This document shows positions 23,700 through 31,746 of a stretch of DNA of 51,901 nucleotides, piece after piece. A model generated the notes under the pieces. It made no database searches, was not told the origin of the DNA, and saw only the letters and a list, made by a program, of their open reading frames with translations. Made by a program: the position numbers and the translations under genes. Source of the DNA: a virus; the IMG/VR virus record IMGVR_UViG_3300009658_000001; one strand, given 5' to 3'. Every line of letters begins with the position of its first letter. Position 1 is the stretch's first letter.

Positions 23700-23857
23700 A
23701 TAACAGTCGGCGGACGTCTCCAAGCGCTCTGGCATAGGCGCTGCAGAAAGTCCGAAGCTGGGTCCGCCGACGTGCGTCTCGCGGTGCACCGACACGACCA
23801 GCTTCGGACAATGCCCTATGCCGGGAGCCGGGGCCCTAACCCGTTAAAGGAGAAACT

Positions 23858-24088
23858 GTGAGCAAGAGAAACTTCGAGAACCGCTACTACACAAAACTCA
23901 ACGACCGCCCTCACCGCCCCTACAAGGTCGGGCGGGCCGTCACGCTCAGCGGCGCGGTCAAGGCCGCGTTCAAGCGCGTGCTGGACCGTGAGTACGACAA
24001 GGCGATGATCTACGACCCGATCGGGTCCGTCCAGTTCGTCATCCGCCGCGCCGGCAGCAAGCTCGTAACCGTGACGAAGGGGCTCTGA
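23858..24088 (+). CDS. Hypothetical early protein
   Basis: GTG start after aaaggagaaact. 76 aa. Confidence 0.5.
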   Translation: MSKRNFENRYYTKLNDRPHRPYKVGRAVTLSGAVKAAFKRVLDREYDKAMIYDPIGSVQFVIRRAGSKLVTVTKGL

Positions 24089-24089
24089 C

Positions 24090-24299
24090 ATGACACACGC
24101 TCAGCTGCGAGAGGCTATGCGCCTTTGGGCGCGCCTCGAGGACGCGCGCAACCTCGTCGCTGAGGCCCGCTCCTCGATCTATCTCCACAGTGGTCGCGTC
24201 GACCACGTCACTCTCATGATCGTGGATTTGCAGAAGGACGTCCTGGACACGATCAAGTCCGGCGAACTGCCCGCGCCGCCGAAGCTGGGGCCACTCTGA
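24090..24299 (+). CDS. Hypothetical early protein
   Basis: 69-aa ORF that starts 1 nt after the upstream stop. Confidence 0.5.
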   Translation: MTHAQLREAMRLWARLEDARNLVAEARSSIYLHSGRVDHVTLMIVDLQKDVLDTIKSGELPAPPKLGPL

Positions 24300-24300
24300 C

Positions 24301-24771
24301 ATGGACTCGTACCTCAGAGCGTTCGTGCAGCTGCACGTCCACATCGACGCCGGCAACCGCGCCTTCGTCAAGGGCGAGGAGGTGCCGGTCCACGTCATCG
24401 GCGGCAAGCGCAAGATCCAGCTCCCTGGCAGCAAGATACTCTACACCTTCGACGACCTGAAGCGCGCGGGCGCCGTCGTCGACGTGGTGACCCTCTTCAG
24501 CTTGGCCAAGGCCGGCGCGGAGGGTCGCTGGCGGGACGAGATCCAGGAGCGCAAGGAATCGGGACTGCCGTCCAACGTCTACGTCGCCAACGCCCGCACG
24601 ATCAACCGCGCCATCGAGCGGGGCGCCTCGCCGCCACCCGCGACGTACATCGGGCGCGCCGGTCGTGAGATGACCGAGGTGCGCGACACCGTGGACGAGG
24701 TGGTGGCCGACCTGCGCGACCGCAACTTCCGCAAGACGTTTCGCCGCGGCTCACGAAAGGAGAGAAAGTGA
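24301..24771 (+). CDS. Hypothetical early protein
   Basis: 156-aa ORF with the same ctctgacATG junction as the preceding gene. Confidence 0.5.
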   Translation: MDSYLRAFVQLHVHIDAGNRAFVKGEEVPVHVIGGKRKIQLPGSKILYTFDDLKRAGAVVDVVTLFSLAKAGAEGRWRDEIQERKESGLPSNVYVANARTINRAIERGASPPPATYIGRAGREMTEVRDTVDEVVADLRDRNFRKTFRRGSRKERK

Positions 24772-24965
24772 TCCTCTACAACCACATCCCTTGGTACAAG
24801 TCCATCTTCGGCGCCAAGCCGGACGCCAAGCGGCTCGCGGAGCTCGAGGCCGAGCAGCTCGCGCTCGAGATCCTCCAGCGCGAGCTCCAGCTCATCGACG
24901 ACCGCTCGAGGATCGACGCCCGTAAGCAGAAGATCGCCTTCATCAACGAGTGGCTGTCCCAGTGA
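24768..24965 (+). CDS. Hypothetical coiled-coil protein
   Basis: GTGA overlap start. 65 aa. Confidence 0.5.
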   Translation: MILYNHIPWYKSIFGAKPDAKRLAELEAEQLALEILQRELQLIDDRSRIDARKQKIAFINEWLSQ

Positions 24966-25414
24966 GAGCCCTCGTCTGTCAAGCGCGGGGAGCGCTGTCA
25001 GCGATACGGGTCTACACGGACCCGGAGGCCCTCGTCGAGGGCGACTTCGAGGCCTGGACCCTTCTCACCGGCAAGCAGATCATCTGCGTCGAGCGGCGCC
25101 TGCACAAGCTCCTCGAGCGCCACCACATGGGAGGCTCGTACGACAAGGGCGCCCTCTACGCCTTCGAGTACGCCGAACTCTGCGCGGTGCTCCGTGACCA
25201 ACTGGGCCCGTCCGACCGGGACCGCTACCTGAAACTGCAGGAGGACGTGAGGCTCCTCGAACACGGCGCACCGCACGAGCGGCTGCGAGTGGCGGGGCAC
25301 ATCGCGTGGAGGTTCGCCGGCGTCGTGGCGTTCATCGCGTACAAGGCCCTCACGACCGTGGTCTTCTTCGGCGTCGTGGGGATGCTCCTCGCACTGTTCA
25401 GGAAGCATCGTTGA
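24962..25414 (+). CDS. Hypothetical membrane-anchored protein
   Basis: GTGA overlap start (ORF track start 24950). The C-terminal hydrophobic stretch is AGVVAFIAYKALTTVVFFGVVGMLLALF. Confidence 0.5.
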   Translation: MRALVCQARGALSAIRVYTDPEALVEGDFEAWTLLTGKQIICVERRLHKLLERHHMGGSYDKGALYAFEYAELCAVLRDQLGPSDRDRYLKLQEDVRLLEHGAPHERLRVAGHIAWRFAGVVAFIAYKALTTVVFFGVVGMLLALFRKHR

Positions 25415-25452
25415 TCAAAGCGGTGTACACCTCGACCGAGCCGTCGTACAAT
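25413..25452 (+). promoter_or_regulatory. Sigma70-like promoter, class I
   Basis: GATCAAAGcggTGTACA, a 17-nt spacer, then TACAAT (25447-25452). The first 22 nt are identical to the promoter at 23660. Confidence 0.65.
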
Positions 25453-25532
25453 AGTAGCACGTTGTTGATGTGGCGTCGCCCCTAAGCCGCTTCAGCAATT
25501 CTTCAACCAAGGGGGCGTGTGAGAGAACTGAT

Positions 25533-26072
25533 ATGACCGAAACCGTGCAAGACGAAGTGACCGGCGACGTCGGCGAAGCCGTCGAAACCCAGCGCAAGCG
25601 CGCCGAAGCGACCAACTTCCTCGCCATCGTGCGGGGCCGCTTCCCCCTGCTGCTCGTCCACGCCGTGCGCTTCGACGAAGTGCTGGGCAAGATGGGCAAC
25701 AAGGACGTGGCCGCCAAGCTGGCGACGTCGGTCGGCAAGGTGTTCGACATCCGCAAGGGTCGCAACTTCGCCTACCTGACGAAGGAGTGGAAGCCGACCG
25801 GCTCGGACGTCACCGACGCGAAGGCCTGGGCCGAGCAGATCGGCGGCACCAACGCCAAGGGCCTGACCGCCACCGGCGACAAGGCGCTGGTGACGAAGAT
25901 CGTCGAGCAGTACGAGGCGGCCGGCCTGGCCACCGCCGCGGAGGCCGAGGCGTTCGCCGCCAGCAAGCCGAAGAGCAACTTCGGCGGCGCGACCAAGGCG
26001 GGCCCGAAGCCGGAGGCGCTGCCGGCGTCCACCGAGTCCAAGGCCGCTGAGGCCGACGACCTGTTGGCGTAA
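25533..26072 (+). CDS. Hypothetical early protein with an Ala/Lys/Glu-rich tail ending DDLLA
   Basis: First gene after the promoter at 25413..25452. The ATG at 25533 follows gagag (ORF track start 25470). Confidence 0.5.
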   Translation: MTETVQDEVTGDVGEAVETQRKRAEATNFLAIVRGRFPLLLVHAVRFDEVLGKMGNKDVAAKLATSVGKVFDIRKGRNFAYLTKEWKPTGSDVTDAKAWAEQIGGTNAKGLTATGDKALVTKIVEQYEAAGLATAAEAEAFAASKPKSNFGGATKAGPKPEALPASTESKAAEADDLLA

Positions 26073-26140
26073 GCCGTTCGGAGCGGCCCTCGCCCTCCCC
26101 GAAGGCTGCTCCTGCGCCTGAGCACGCAAAGAAACTGCTC

Positions 26141-26210
26141 ACCTTGAGGGAGTGGCGCGGTTCGATTCCCGCCTGGTCGGCTGAACGGTGCAGCGCCACT
26201 CCCTCAAGGT
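26141..26210 (+). promoter_or_regulatory. Perfect 18-bp stem with a 34-nt loop immediately upstream of the RBS of 26231
   Basis: ACCTTGAGGGAGTGGCGC (26141-26158) pairs with GCGCCACTCCCTCAAGGT (26193-26210). No U tract. Confidence 0.8.
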
Positions 26211-26230
26211 CTTCCACAGGAGGTATCACG

Positions 26231-26386
26231 ATGTCCGAACCCGCACAACCCACCAAGGCCCAACAGGCCTCTGCACTGATCGAGCAGCTCGAGCAGGCTC
26301 TGCGCACCGCCGCGGGCGGCGTCGACCCCAATGTGCAGGCGATCGCCGACAAGCTGAAGGCGCTCCTGCAACCGACGAAGGCCTGA
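26231..26386 (+). CDS. Small hypothetical protein
   Basis: ATG at 26231 after caggagg. 51 aa. Confidence 0.5.
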   Translation: MSEPAQPTKAQQASALIEQLEQALRTAAGGVDPNVQAIADKLKALLQPTKA

Positions 26387-26387
26387 C

Positions 26388-26495
26388 ATGCTCTGCGAAG
26401 ACGTCTGGGTCAAGTACACCTCGAAGGACGGCGCCTCGTACGTCTCCTACCACCGCGTGTGGGACAAGTCGAGATTCCTCGAGGCGCGCAAGTGA
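26388..26495 (+). CDS. Small protein of 35 aa, absent from the ORF track
   Basis: Hand translation gives MLCEDVWVKYTSKDGASYVSYHRVWDKSRFLEARK. It starts 1 nt after the upstream stop and is GTGA-coupled to the exonuclease gene. Confidence 0.4.
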   Translation: MLCEDVWVKYTSKDGASYVSYHRVWDKSRFLEARK

Positions 26496-27076
26496 AGCAC
26501 ATCATGATCGACCTCGAGACGATGGGTCTGCGCCCCGACGCGGCCATCGTCTCGATCGGCGCCGTCCACTTCGAGGGCTTCACCGACCAGTCCCTCGACC
26601 ACGGCACCGTGCTGGGCCACAACGACCTGCGGGTGGTCGACACCCTGCACGTCGCCGTGTCGCTCAAGTCATGTCTCGACGCCGGCCTCACGACCGATCA
26701 GTCGACCGTTGACTGGTGGGCCAAGCAGTCCGCTCAGGCGCGGTCGTCCTGGCAGCAAGAGGGCGCGCCGACGCTCCTGGAGGCGCTGACCCAGCTCTCC
26801 AGGTGGGCGCTGAGGGACTCGTCCGACCGTCAGGTCTGCCCCTGGGGCAACGGCGCCGACTTCGACCTCGTGCTGCTCAAGAGCGCCTACGGCGCGATCG
26901 GGGCCGATCCACCGTGGCGCTACTACAACCATCGCTGCTACCGCACGGTCAAGGGACTATTCCCTGTGGCCGAGGTGCCTCGGCAGGGGACGCACCACAA
27001 CGCACTGGACGACGCGATGCACCAGGTCTCGACGCTCAGGCAAATCGTCCGCAGCCACAGGCTGCGCATCGTCTAA
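26492..27076 (+). CDS. DEDD-family 3'-5' exonuclease
   Basis: ExoI motif IMIDLETMG and ExoIII motif HHNALDDAMH. GTGA overlap start (ORF track start 26459). Confidence 0.75.
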   Translation: MKHIMIDLETMGLRPDAAIVSIGAVHFEGFTDQSLDHGTVLGHNDLRVVDTLHVAVSLKSCLDAGLTTDQSTVDWWAKQSAQARSSWQQEGAPTLLEALTQLSRWALRDSSDRQVCPWGNGADFDLVLLKSAYGAIGADPPWRYYNHRCYRTVKGLFPVAEVPRQGTHHNALDDAMHQVSTLRQIVRSHRLRIV

Positions 27077-27085
27077 GGAGGCTGC

Positions 27086-27439
27086 ATGGCGACCAAGAAA
27101 CAAGAGCTCGTGCACGGCTGCTTCGCAGACGCGCACGACGGCGAGCCGCTGTTCGTGCTGCGCAGCACGGACCCCCGCGCGCCGGCCGTGGTGCGAGAGT
27201 GGGCCCGGCTGTACCTCGCGAACCGCGTGAGAGCGCTGAGGGACCCCGGCGAAGGCGCCCCCGAGGAGGCCCGCGCCGCCTACGAGGCGGAGCTGGCGCG
27301 GCGCGAGGCGAAGTACGTCGAGGCCAACGAGCTCGCCGACCGCATGGACGCGTACCGCCAAGCGCTCGAGGGCGCCGAGGCGAGCGGAATGGACCCGCAG
27401 GGCTGTCGCGAGGTCGCGGCGCGCGCGGTCGCGCCATGA
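27086..27439 (+). CDS. Hypothetical protein
   Basis: 117-aa ORF with an RBS (aaggagg). Confidence 0.5.
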   Translation: MATKKQELVHGCFADAHDGEPLFVLRSTDPRAPAVVREWARLYLANRVRALRDPGEGAPEEARAAYEAELARREAKYVEANELADRMDAYRQALEGAEASGMDPQGCREVAARAVAP

Positions 27440-28227
27440 TGACCGCCCACCTCGACGACTACACCGTCAAGGTCCACGAGCACGGCTTCGTGCGGCTGCG
27501 CAACTGCGCCGGCCCCACGCGGCGCGACGAAATCGTGACGGTCTTCGAGGACTCACAGGTCCCGTCCATCGTCAGGCACTTCGACGCGGACGACGTCGAC
27601 CCCGCGCAGGCGGCCCGCATGTCGTTCGGCGGCATGGGCAAGGAGCGCTCGCGCGACGCGGACCTCAAGCTCGCCGCCTACCTCATGCGGAACGCACACA
27701 CGAGTCCGTTCGAGATGGTGCAGGTGTGGCTCGAGATGAAGCTCCCCATCTTCGTTGCGAGGCAGCTCGTCAGACACCGCACGGCCCGCCTCAACGAGGT
27801 CAGCGGCCGCTACGTGACGCTCCCCGCGGAGTGGTACGTGCCTGCGCTGGAGGACGTCGTCCTACAGAGCGCCGACCGGAAGCAGGGAGGGCGCGCCGTC
27901 GACTTCGACGACCCAGAACAGGTCGCGTCGGCCATCGAGTACCGCACCCGGTTGCAGGAGTCGTGCGCCCGAGGGTACGAGGCCTACGAGAGGTCCGTCG
28001 GCGACGGCGTGGCCATGGAGCAGGCGAGGCTCAGCCTGAGCCTCAACCACTACACCCACTGGCTGTGGAACCAGGACCTGCACAACCTCTTCCACATGCT
28101 GAGCCTCCGCGACCACTCGCACGCGCAGCCCGAAGCGAGGGCCTACGCACAAGCCATCGACCAGCTCGTGCGGCAGGTGCTCCCCGAGTGCTTCCGCCTG
28201 TACGACGAGTTCCGGAGGCGCGCGTGA
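27436..28227 (+). CDS. thyX: FAD-dependent thymidylate synthase ThyX
   Basis: ThyX signature RHRTARLNEVSGRY. ATGA overlap start. The upstream part of the 503-aa track ORF was rejected. Confidence 0.85.
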   Translation: MMTAHLDDYTVKVHEHGFVRLRNCAGPTRRDEIVTVFEDSQVPSIVRHFDADDVDPAQAARMSFGGMGKERSRDADLKLAAYLMRNAHTSPFEMVQVWLEMKLPIFVARQLVRHRTARLNEVSGRYVTLPAEWYVPALEDVVLQSADRKQGGRAVDFDDPEQVASAIEYRTRLQESCARGYEAYERSVGDGVAMEQARLSLSLNHYTHWLWNQDLHNLFHMLSLRDHSHAQPEARAYAQAIDQLVRQVLPECFRLYDEFRRRA

Positions 28228-28436
28228 AGGCCGAAGACCTCCGACCGGGCCTGGTTGTCAGTCACGCCAAGGGCGGCGTGTACCAGATCATCGGCCCTGT
28301 GCAGGTCAAGATCGACGGAATCTGGCACGATTTCTGGTCATACTGCACGACAGAATCGAGGCTCAAGCGATACGCTCGGCGCCCCGACGACTTCGGCAAA
28401 TTCAGCGTGGAGTCGGTATGGCCTCGCTCGACCTAA
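28224..28436 (+). CDS. DUF1653-like small protein
   Basis: GTGA overlap start. The pattern HAKGGVYQIIG...RRPDDF resembles DUF1653. Confidence 0.5.
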   Translation: MKAEDLRPGLVVSHAKGGVYQIIGPVQVKIDGIWHDFWSYCTTESRLKRYARRPDDFGKFSVESVWPRST

Positions 28437-28549
28437 AGCCCATCCCCTGGCGGCCGTTCTTGCCGGTCCCGGAGGTGCACGAGCTCCACGGCGACGAGGC
28501 CCTGGCGCAGTGGCTGGCGGCCCACGCCTCGATGTACGGGTCGCAGTAG
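28418..28549 (+). CDS. Possible small protein of 43 aa, absent from the ORF track
   Basis: Hand translation gives MASLDLKPIPWRPFLPVPEVHELHGDEALAQWLAAHASMYGSQ. It fills an otherwise empty gap. Confidence 0.3.
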   Translation: MASLDLKPIPWRPFLPVPEVHELHGDEALAQWLAAHASMYGSQ

Positions 28550-28590
28550 GAGAGGGCTTACGCGTTCACCGCGCCGACGCCCCTCGCCGA

Positions 28591-28902
28591 ATGAACGTCG
28601 CCATCGCGCTCGCCGACCGCACCAAGCGGTGGCTCTTCGTCTACGGGCGAACCGAGCGGGCCCGCGCCGGCCTGAGAGCGCTCGCCGACCTCGCTGGACC
28701 GGGAGCCGTGGTGCGTCAGCAAAGCATGCGAATCGACTTCGCAGAGGGCGGCTGCGTCCGGTTCGTCTCGGTGAACGGCCCCGACGACCTGCACCGGTTC
28801 CAGGGCCTCAAGGTCGACGATTTCTGGTGCGAGGAGGCCGTTGCGCAGCGCCTCGCCCCGCACCCATTGCTCGCGCTCCTGGCACTGAGGCGACGACCGT
28901 GA
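28591..28902 (+). CDS. Hypothetical protein
   Basis: ATG at 28591 in the frame of track ORF 28255..28902. 103 aa. Confidence 0.45.
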   Translation: MNVAIALADRTKRWLFVYGRTERARAGLRALADLAGPGAVVRQQSMRIDFAEGGCVRFVSVNGPDDLHRFQGLKVDDFWCEEAVAQRLAPHPLLALLALRRRP

Positions 28903-28930
28903 CGCGATCGAAGTCGCTCACGCCGTCATC

Positions 28931-28950
28931 GGGCGCGGTACAATGGTACT
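28931..28950 (+). promoter_or_regulatory. Promoter, class II
   Basis: GGGCGCGGTACAATGGTAC. Confidence 0.5.
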
Positions 28951-28986
28951 AGCGTCGAACAGTCGGCGCGCAACCGGAGATCCACC

Positions 28987-29199
28987 GTGAAGCACATTTC
29001 CAGAAACTCAGAGTACGGCAAGAACCGCCACGTCCTGCAATTCGAGACGCCCGAGGACGAGGCTCTGACAAACGCCCGGCTCCTGAACGTGGCCGACGGG
29101 ACCGACCCGAACGGTCGCCCGAGCCACTTCGGCGGCACCGTCGCCCGCTACGAGCGGGACGGCAAGAAGTTCGCCGAAGTCGTCGTGTACATCGACTGA
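28987..29199 (+). CDS. Hypothetical protein
   Basis: GTG start downstream of the promoter at 28931..28950. 70 aa. Confidence 0.5.
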   Translation: MKHISRNSEYGKNRHVLQFETPEDEALTNARLLNVADGTDPNGRPSHFGGTVARYERDGKKFAEVVVYID

Positions 29200-29208
29200 G
29201 GGGCGGCC

Positions 29209-29448
29209 GTGATCGACGAGGAGTTCCTCAAGCTCGCGCCCACCTGCAAGGGCTGCGGGCGCATCATCGGCCCCTGGAGGCCCGGCGGTGAGCGGTCCGT
29301 CACGATCGTCCACCGCCTGACCACGTGGTCGGACGGTCTCAAGCGCTACGGGCCGGCCGAGCAGTACCACAGCGCGTGCGCCCCGAAGAGGCCCAACGGC
29401 GAGCCCTACCCACCGAACCTCGTGATCCTCCTCGAGGAAGGCCCATGA
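29209..29448 (+). CDS. Hypothetical Cys-containing protein
   Basis: 79-aa ORF containing CKGCG...HSAC. Confidence 0.5.
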   Translation: MIDEEFLKLAPTCKGCGRIIGPWRPGGERSVTIVHRLTTWSDGLKRYGPAEQYHSACAPKRPNGEPYPPNLVILLEEGP

Positions 29449-29747
29449 CCAAAGACCAACTCAACCAACTGTACCGCGACCAAGGCTGGGGCCGCCTCGC
29501 TGAGGCCGCGCTGGGCATCGAGCCGTACGACGTCGAGTCACAAGCGAGGCGCGTGGCCCAGTACGCCGTGGCGAAACACAGCGCGCCCCTGCTCGACACC
29601 ACGGCACAGCGCCTCTTCGCGGCGCTCCTCTTCACCGTCATCAACCCGGACGTGCGGCTCTGCAGAGAGACCTACGACGAGCTCGCCAAGGTCGCCTTCG
29701 ACGCGGCAGAGGCGTTCGTCGACGAGTCCAGAAGGAGGCTGCGGTGA
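29445..29747 (+). CDS. Hypothetical protein
   Basis: ATGA overlap start. 100 aa. Confidence 0.5.
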   Translation: MTKDQLNQLYRDQGWGRLAEAALGIEPYDVESQARRVAQYAVAKHSAPLLDTTAQRLFAALLFTVINPDVRLCRETYDELAKVAFDAAEAFVDESRRRLR

Positions 29748-29977
29748 TCGTCGTGACCGGAGGGGCGACCGAGCGCCGCGGGCTCCTCGTACAGTTCCAC
29801 GAGGAGGACCTCCGCGAGCTGAAGGAGGCCCTCGACGCGCTCGAACAGGGGATACACCTCGACAACGCCCACGACCTCAACCGTGGCGCCCCGATCTCCA
29901 AGCGCTTCCCCGAGTGGGCGCGCCGACTCGAAGCCGCGATCGTCGCCAAACTCAACGACAACCGGAGGTTCCCGTGA
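29744..29977 (+). CDS. Hypothetical protein
   Basis: GTGA overlap start. 77 aa. Confidence 0.5.
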   Translation: MIVVTGGATERRGLLVQFHEEDLRELKEALDALEQGIHLDNAHDLNRGAPISKRFPEWARRLEAAIVAKLNDNRRFP

Positions 29978-30489
29978 TCGACCTCCCGACGGGTCGCTCG
30001 CCGCACGACCTCCTCCAGGAGCAGCAGGTGGGGCGGCCCAACGGCGTCTGGAGGGTCCTCGTCGTGTGCCAGCTCCTCAACCGCACGCACGGGCGCCAAG
30101 TGAGGCCCCTCGCGGACGAGCGCTACGGGGCGCCGCTCTTCGTCCGATGGCCGACGCCCCACGCGATGTCGCTCGCGCGACTCCCCGAGCTCCAGCTGCT
30201 GCTGAGGCCGCTAGGCTTCGCGGAACAGCGCTCGCGCAGCCTCAAAGCGATGAGCGCCCAGTACAACGCCATGCTCTTCGCCGACCCGGAATTCTGGCGC
30301 GGCTCCGAAGACGGTGAGTGGTGCAAGGGCCTCCAGGGCTGCGGACAGTACGCCAAGGAGTCGCTCGACTTGGTGGTTTACGGGCGACTGAGCGCACCGA
30401 CCACCGACCACTGGCTCACGAAGTACCAGCAGTGGCGGCTGAGCCAGGCCGCGGGCACCGCCGAACTTGACGACATGGAGGCCTCGTGA
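29974..30489 (+). CDS. MBD4-like HhH-GPD DNA glycosylase
   Basis: GTGA overlap start. SPHDLLQE, QLLNRTHG, LLLRPLGF..QRSRSL, LQGCGQYAKESL and DHWLTKYQQW parallel the MBD4 glycosylase domain as recalled from memory (LNRTSG, LLKPLGLYDLRAK, LHGIGKYGNDSY, DHKLNKYHDW). Confidence 0.6.
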   Translation: MIDLPTGRSPHDLLQEQQVGRPNGVWRVLVVCQLLNRTHGRQVRPLADERYGAPLFVRWPTPHAMSLARLPELQLLLRPLGFAEQRSRSLKAMSAQYNAMLFADPEFWRGSEDGEWCKGLQGCGQYAKESLDLVVYGRLSAPTTDHWLTKYQQWRLSQAAGTAELDDMEAS

Positions 30490-30767
30490 CACCAGAATAC
30501 GTCGAAGAACTCGCCGACATGTGCGACCCGGACCAGCTCTGGCGACTGCCGGCGCTCGAGCAACTCGACCTCCCCGAGGGGCGGAGGCGCCAGTTGGACG
30601 CGGGGATCGCGCTGCGCAGGCACGCCTCTCACGTCCGCGAGCTCCGCGCCCTCCTCGGCCGCGAGAAGGCCCTGCTCATAACCCCGACGTCGGTCAGCAG
30701 CACGATCGTCGCGATCGTGACCCCGCCGCGCAGCCACCTCCGCAAACTCAGAGGACAGGACCTATGA
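30486..30767 (+). CDS. Hypothetical protein
   Basis: GTGA overlap start. 93 aa. Confidence 0.5.
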   Translation: MTPEYVEELADMCDPDQLWRLPALEQLDLPEGRRRQLDAGIALRRHASHVRELRALLGREKALLITPTSVSSTIVAIVTPPRSHLRKLRGQDL

Positions 30768-31057
30768 CCACAGCGCACCGCCCCATGACGCCCGCCGAGG
30801 CGTGGCTCGACCGCGCCGTCCGCAGCGAGCCCCGGCCCGGACTGTGGGTCGCCCTCTGCGCGCTCGCCCTCGGCGGACTGGGACTGTTCGCAGGGCCAGT
30901 CACAGCGATACTCGGCCTCCTCTTCGGAGCAGTGATCGGCCTGCTGCTGGGCACCGCCCTCGACGCGCTCGTCAAGGTTCCGCTGTCGCTCGCGTACTGC
31001 ACCCTGAGGGTCGTCGGCTGGGCGCGATCGAGGAACGAAGGACCTCGATCAAAGTAA
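30764..31057 (+). CDS. Small membrane protein with two predicted TM segments
   Basis: ATGA overlap start. Hydrophobic stretches are LWVALCALALGGLGLFAG and ILGLLFGAVIGLLLG. Confidence 0.5.
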   Translation: MTTAHRPMTPAEAWLDRAVRSEPRPGLWVALCALALGGLGLFAGPVTAILGLLFGAVIGLLLGTALDALVKVPLSLAYCTLRVVGWARSRNEGPRSK

Positions 31058-31092
31058 CGTCGGCCCTGATCGAGGGCGCTCGCCCCGAGCTC

Positions 31093-31110
31093 GGGCGCAG
31101 TACAATGGTA
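31093..31110 (+). promoter_or_regulatory. Promoter, class II
   Basis: GGGCGCAGTACAATGGTA. Confidence 0.5.
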
Positions 31111-31177
31111 TCAGAGTCAGAGAGTCGCTCTGCTCAGTGACCGCGGCCGGGAGCCGCACGCAACCTAGGAGAATCGC

Positions 31178-31309
31178 ATGACGAAGACCGACCGCAAGGT
31201 CGCCAACAAGGCGGCCAAGACCTCGCGCAGCCCCAAGCGCGCCAACCAGAACCCGAGCTTCACCAAGAAGGGCCCGGGCCGCTACCACGCGCAGGGAGGC
31301 TCCAAGTGA
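31178..31309 (+). CDS. Very basic small protein of 43 aa, absent from the ORF track
   Basis: Hand translation gives MTKTDRKVANKAAKTSRSPKRANQNPSFTKKGPGRYHAQGGSK. RBS taggagaa. GTGA-coupled to 31306. Confidence 0.45.
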   Translation: MTKTDRKVANKAAKTSRSPKRANQNPSFTKKGPGRYHAQGGSK

Positions 31310-31602
31310 GCGTCGGCGCGGGAATCCGCGTCCTCCGTGAGTGCGACCAGGCCGAGGTCGCCGCCATGCCCACCTTCCTCAGCGGCCGCCTGTCCCAAGG
31401 AGGGCCCGTGACGGGCGGAGGCCTCCCAGGCAAGAGACAGCCCGCCACCGAGATCGTCCGCCGCGCGAAGCTGATGAGCGCGCCGCAGTGGGGCAAGGGG
31501 CCGGACGGAGAGCCGGCGCAGGTCCTCTTCCGCTACCCCGACGGCGAGTGCGCCTACAGACAGGGCGATCGGATCATGGTCGGGAGGGTCGAGGAGCAGT
31601 GA
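31306..31602 (+). CDS. Hypothetical protein
   Basis: 98-aa ORF with a GTGA overlap start. Confidence 0.5.
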   Translation: MSVGAGIRVLRECDQAEVAAMPTFLSGRLSQGGPVTGGGLPGKRQPATEIVRRAKLMSAPQWGKGPDGEPAQVLFRYPDGECAYRQGDRIMVGRVEEQ

Positions 31603-31626
31603 CAGTGCCGTGAAGAGCGGTCGATT

Positions 31627-31680
31627 CGGGCCCCGCAGCACGTCGCACATCGGCGTTCGCGGGGCCCGAGTTACTTTGCG
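31627..31680 (+). terminator. Possible terminator hairpin after 31306..31602
   Basis: A 10-bp stem, CGGGCCCCGC / GCGGGGCCCG, with a 22-nt loop and then agttacttt. The U tract is weak. Confidence 0.4.
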
Positions 31681-31746
31681 GGAGGGGGCGCTAATGTGTT
31701 CCGGAGCGAACTTACGGTACGAACTAAAGTACGTAGTCGGAGGGTA

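Noticed and set aside
26159-26180. The GGTTCGATTCCCGCC string considered as a tRNA gene or a tRNA-derived attP core.
   Set aside because: The flanking bases do not form a T-stem (only 2-4 bp pair), and no acceptor, anticodon or D arm can be drawn. No integrase is present. The string sits in the loop of an 18-bp hairpin instead.
26716-27435. The N-terminal 240 aa of the 503-aa track ORF that ends as ThyX.
   Set aside because: The upstream part is Arg/Gly/Ala-rich nonsense and overlaps two well-supported genes (the exonuclease and 27086..27439) in other frames. The ThyX domain begins at the ATGA-coupled ATG at 27436.
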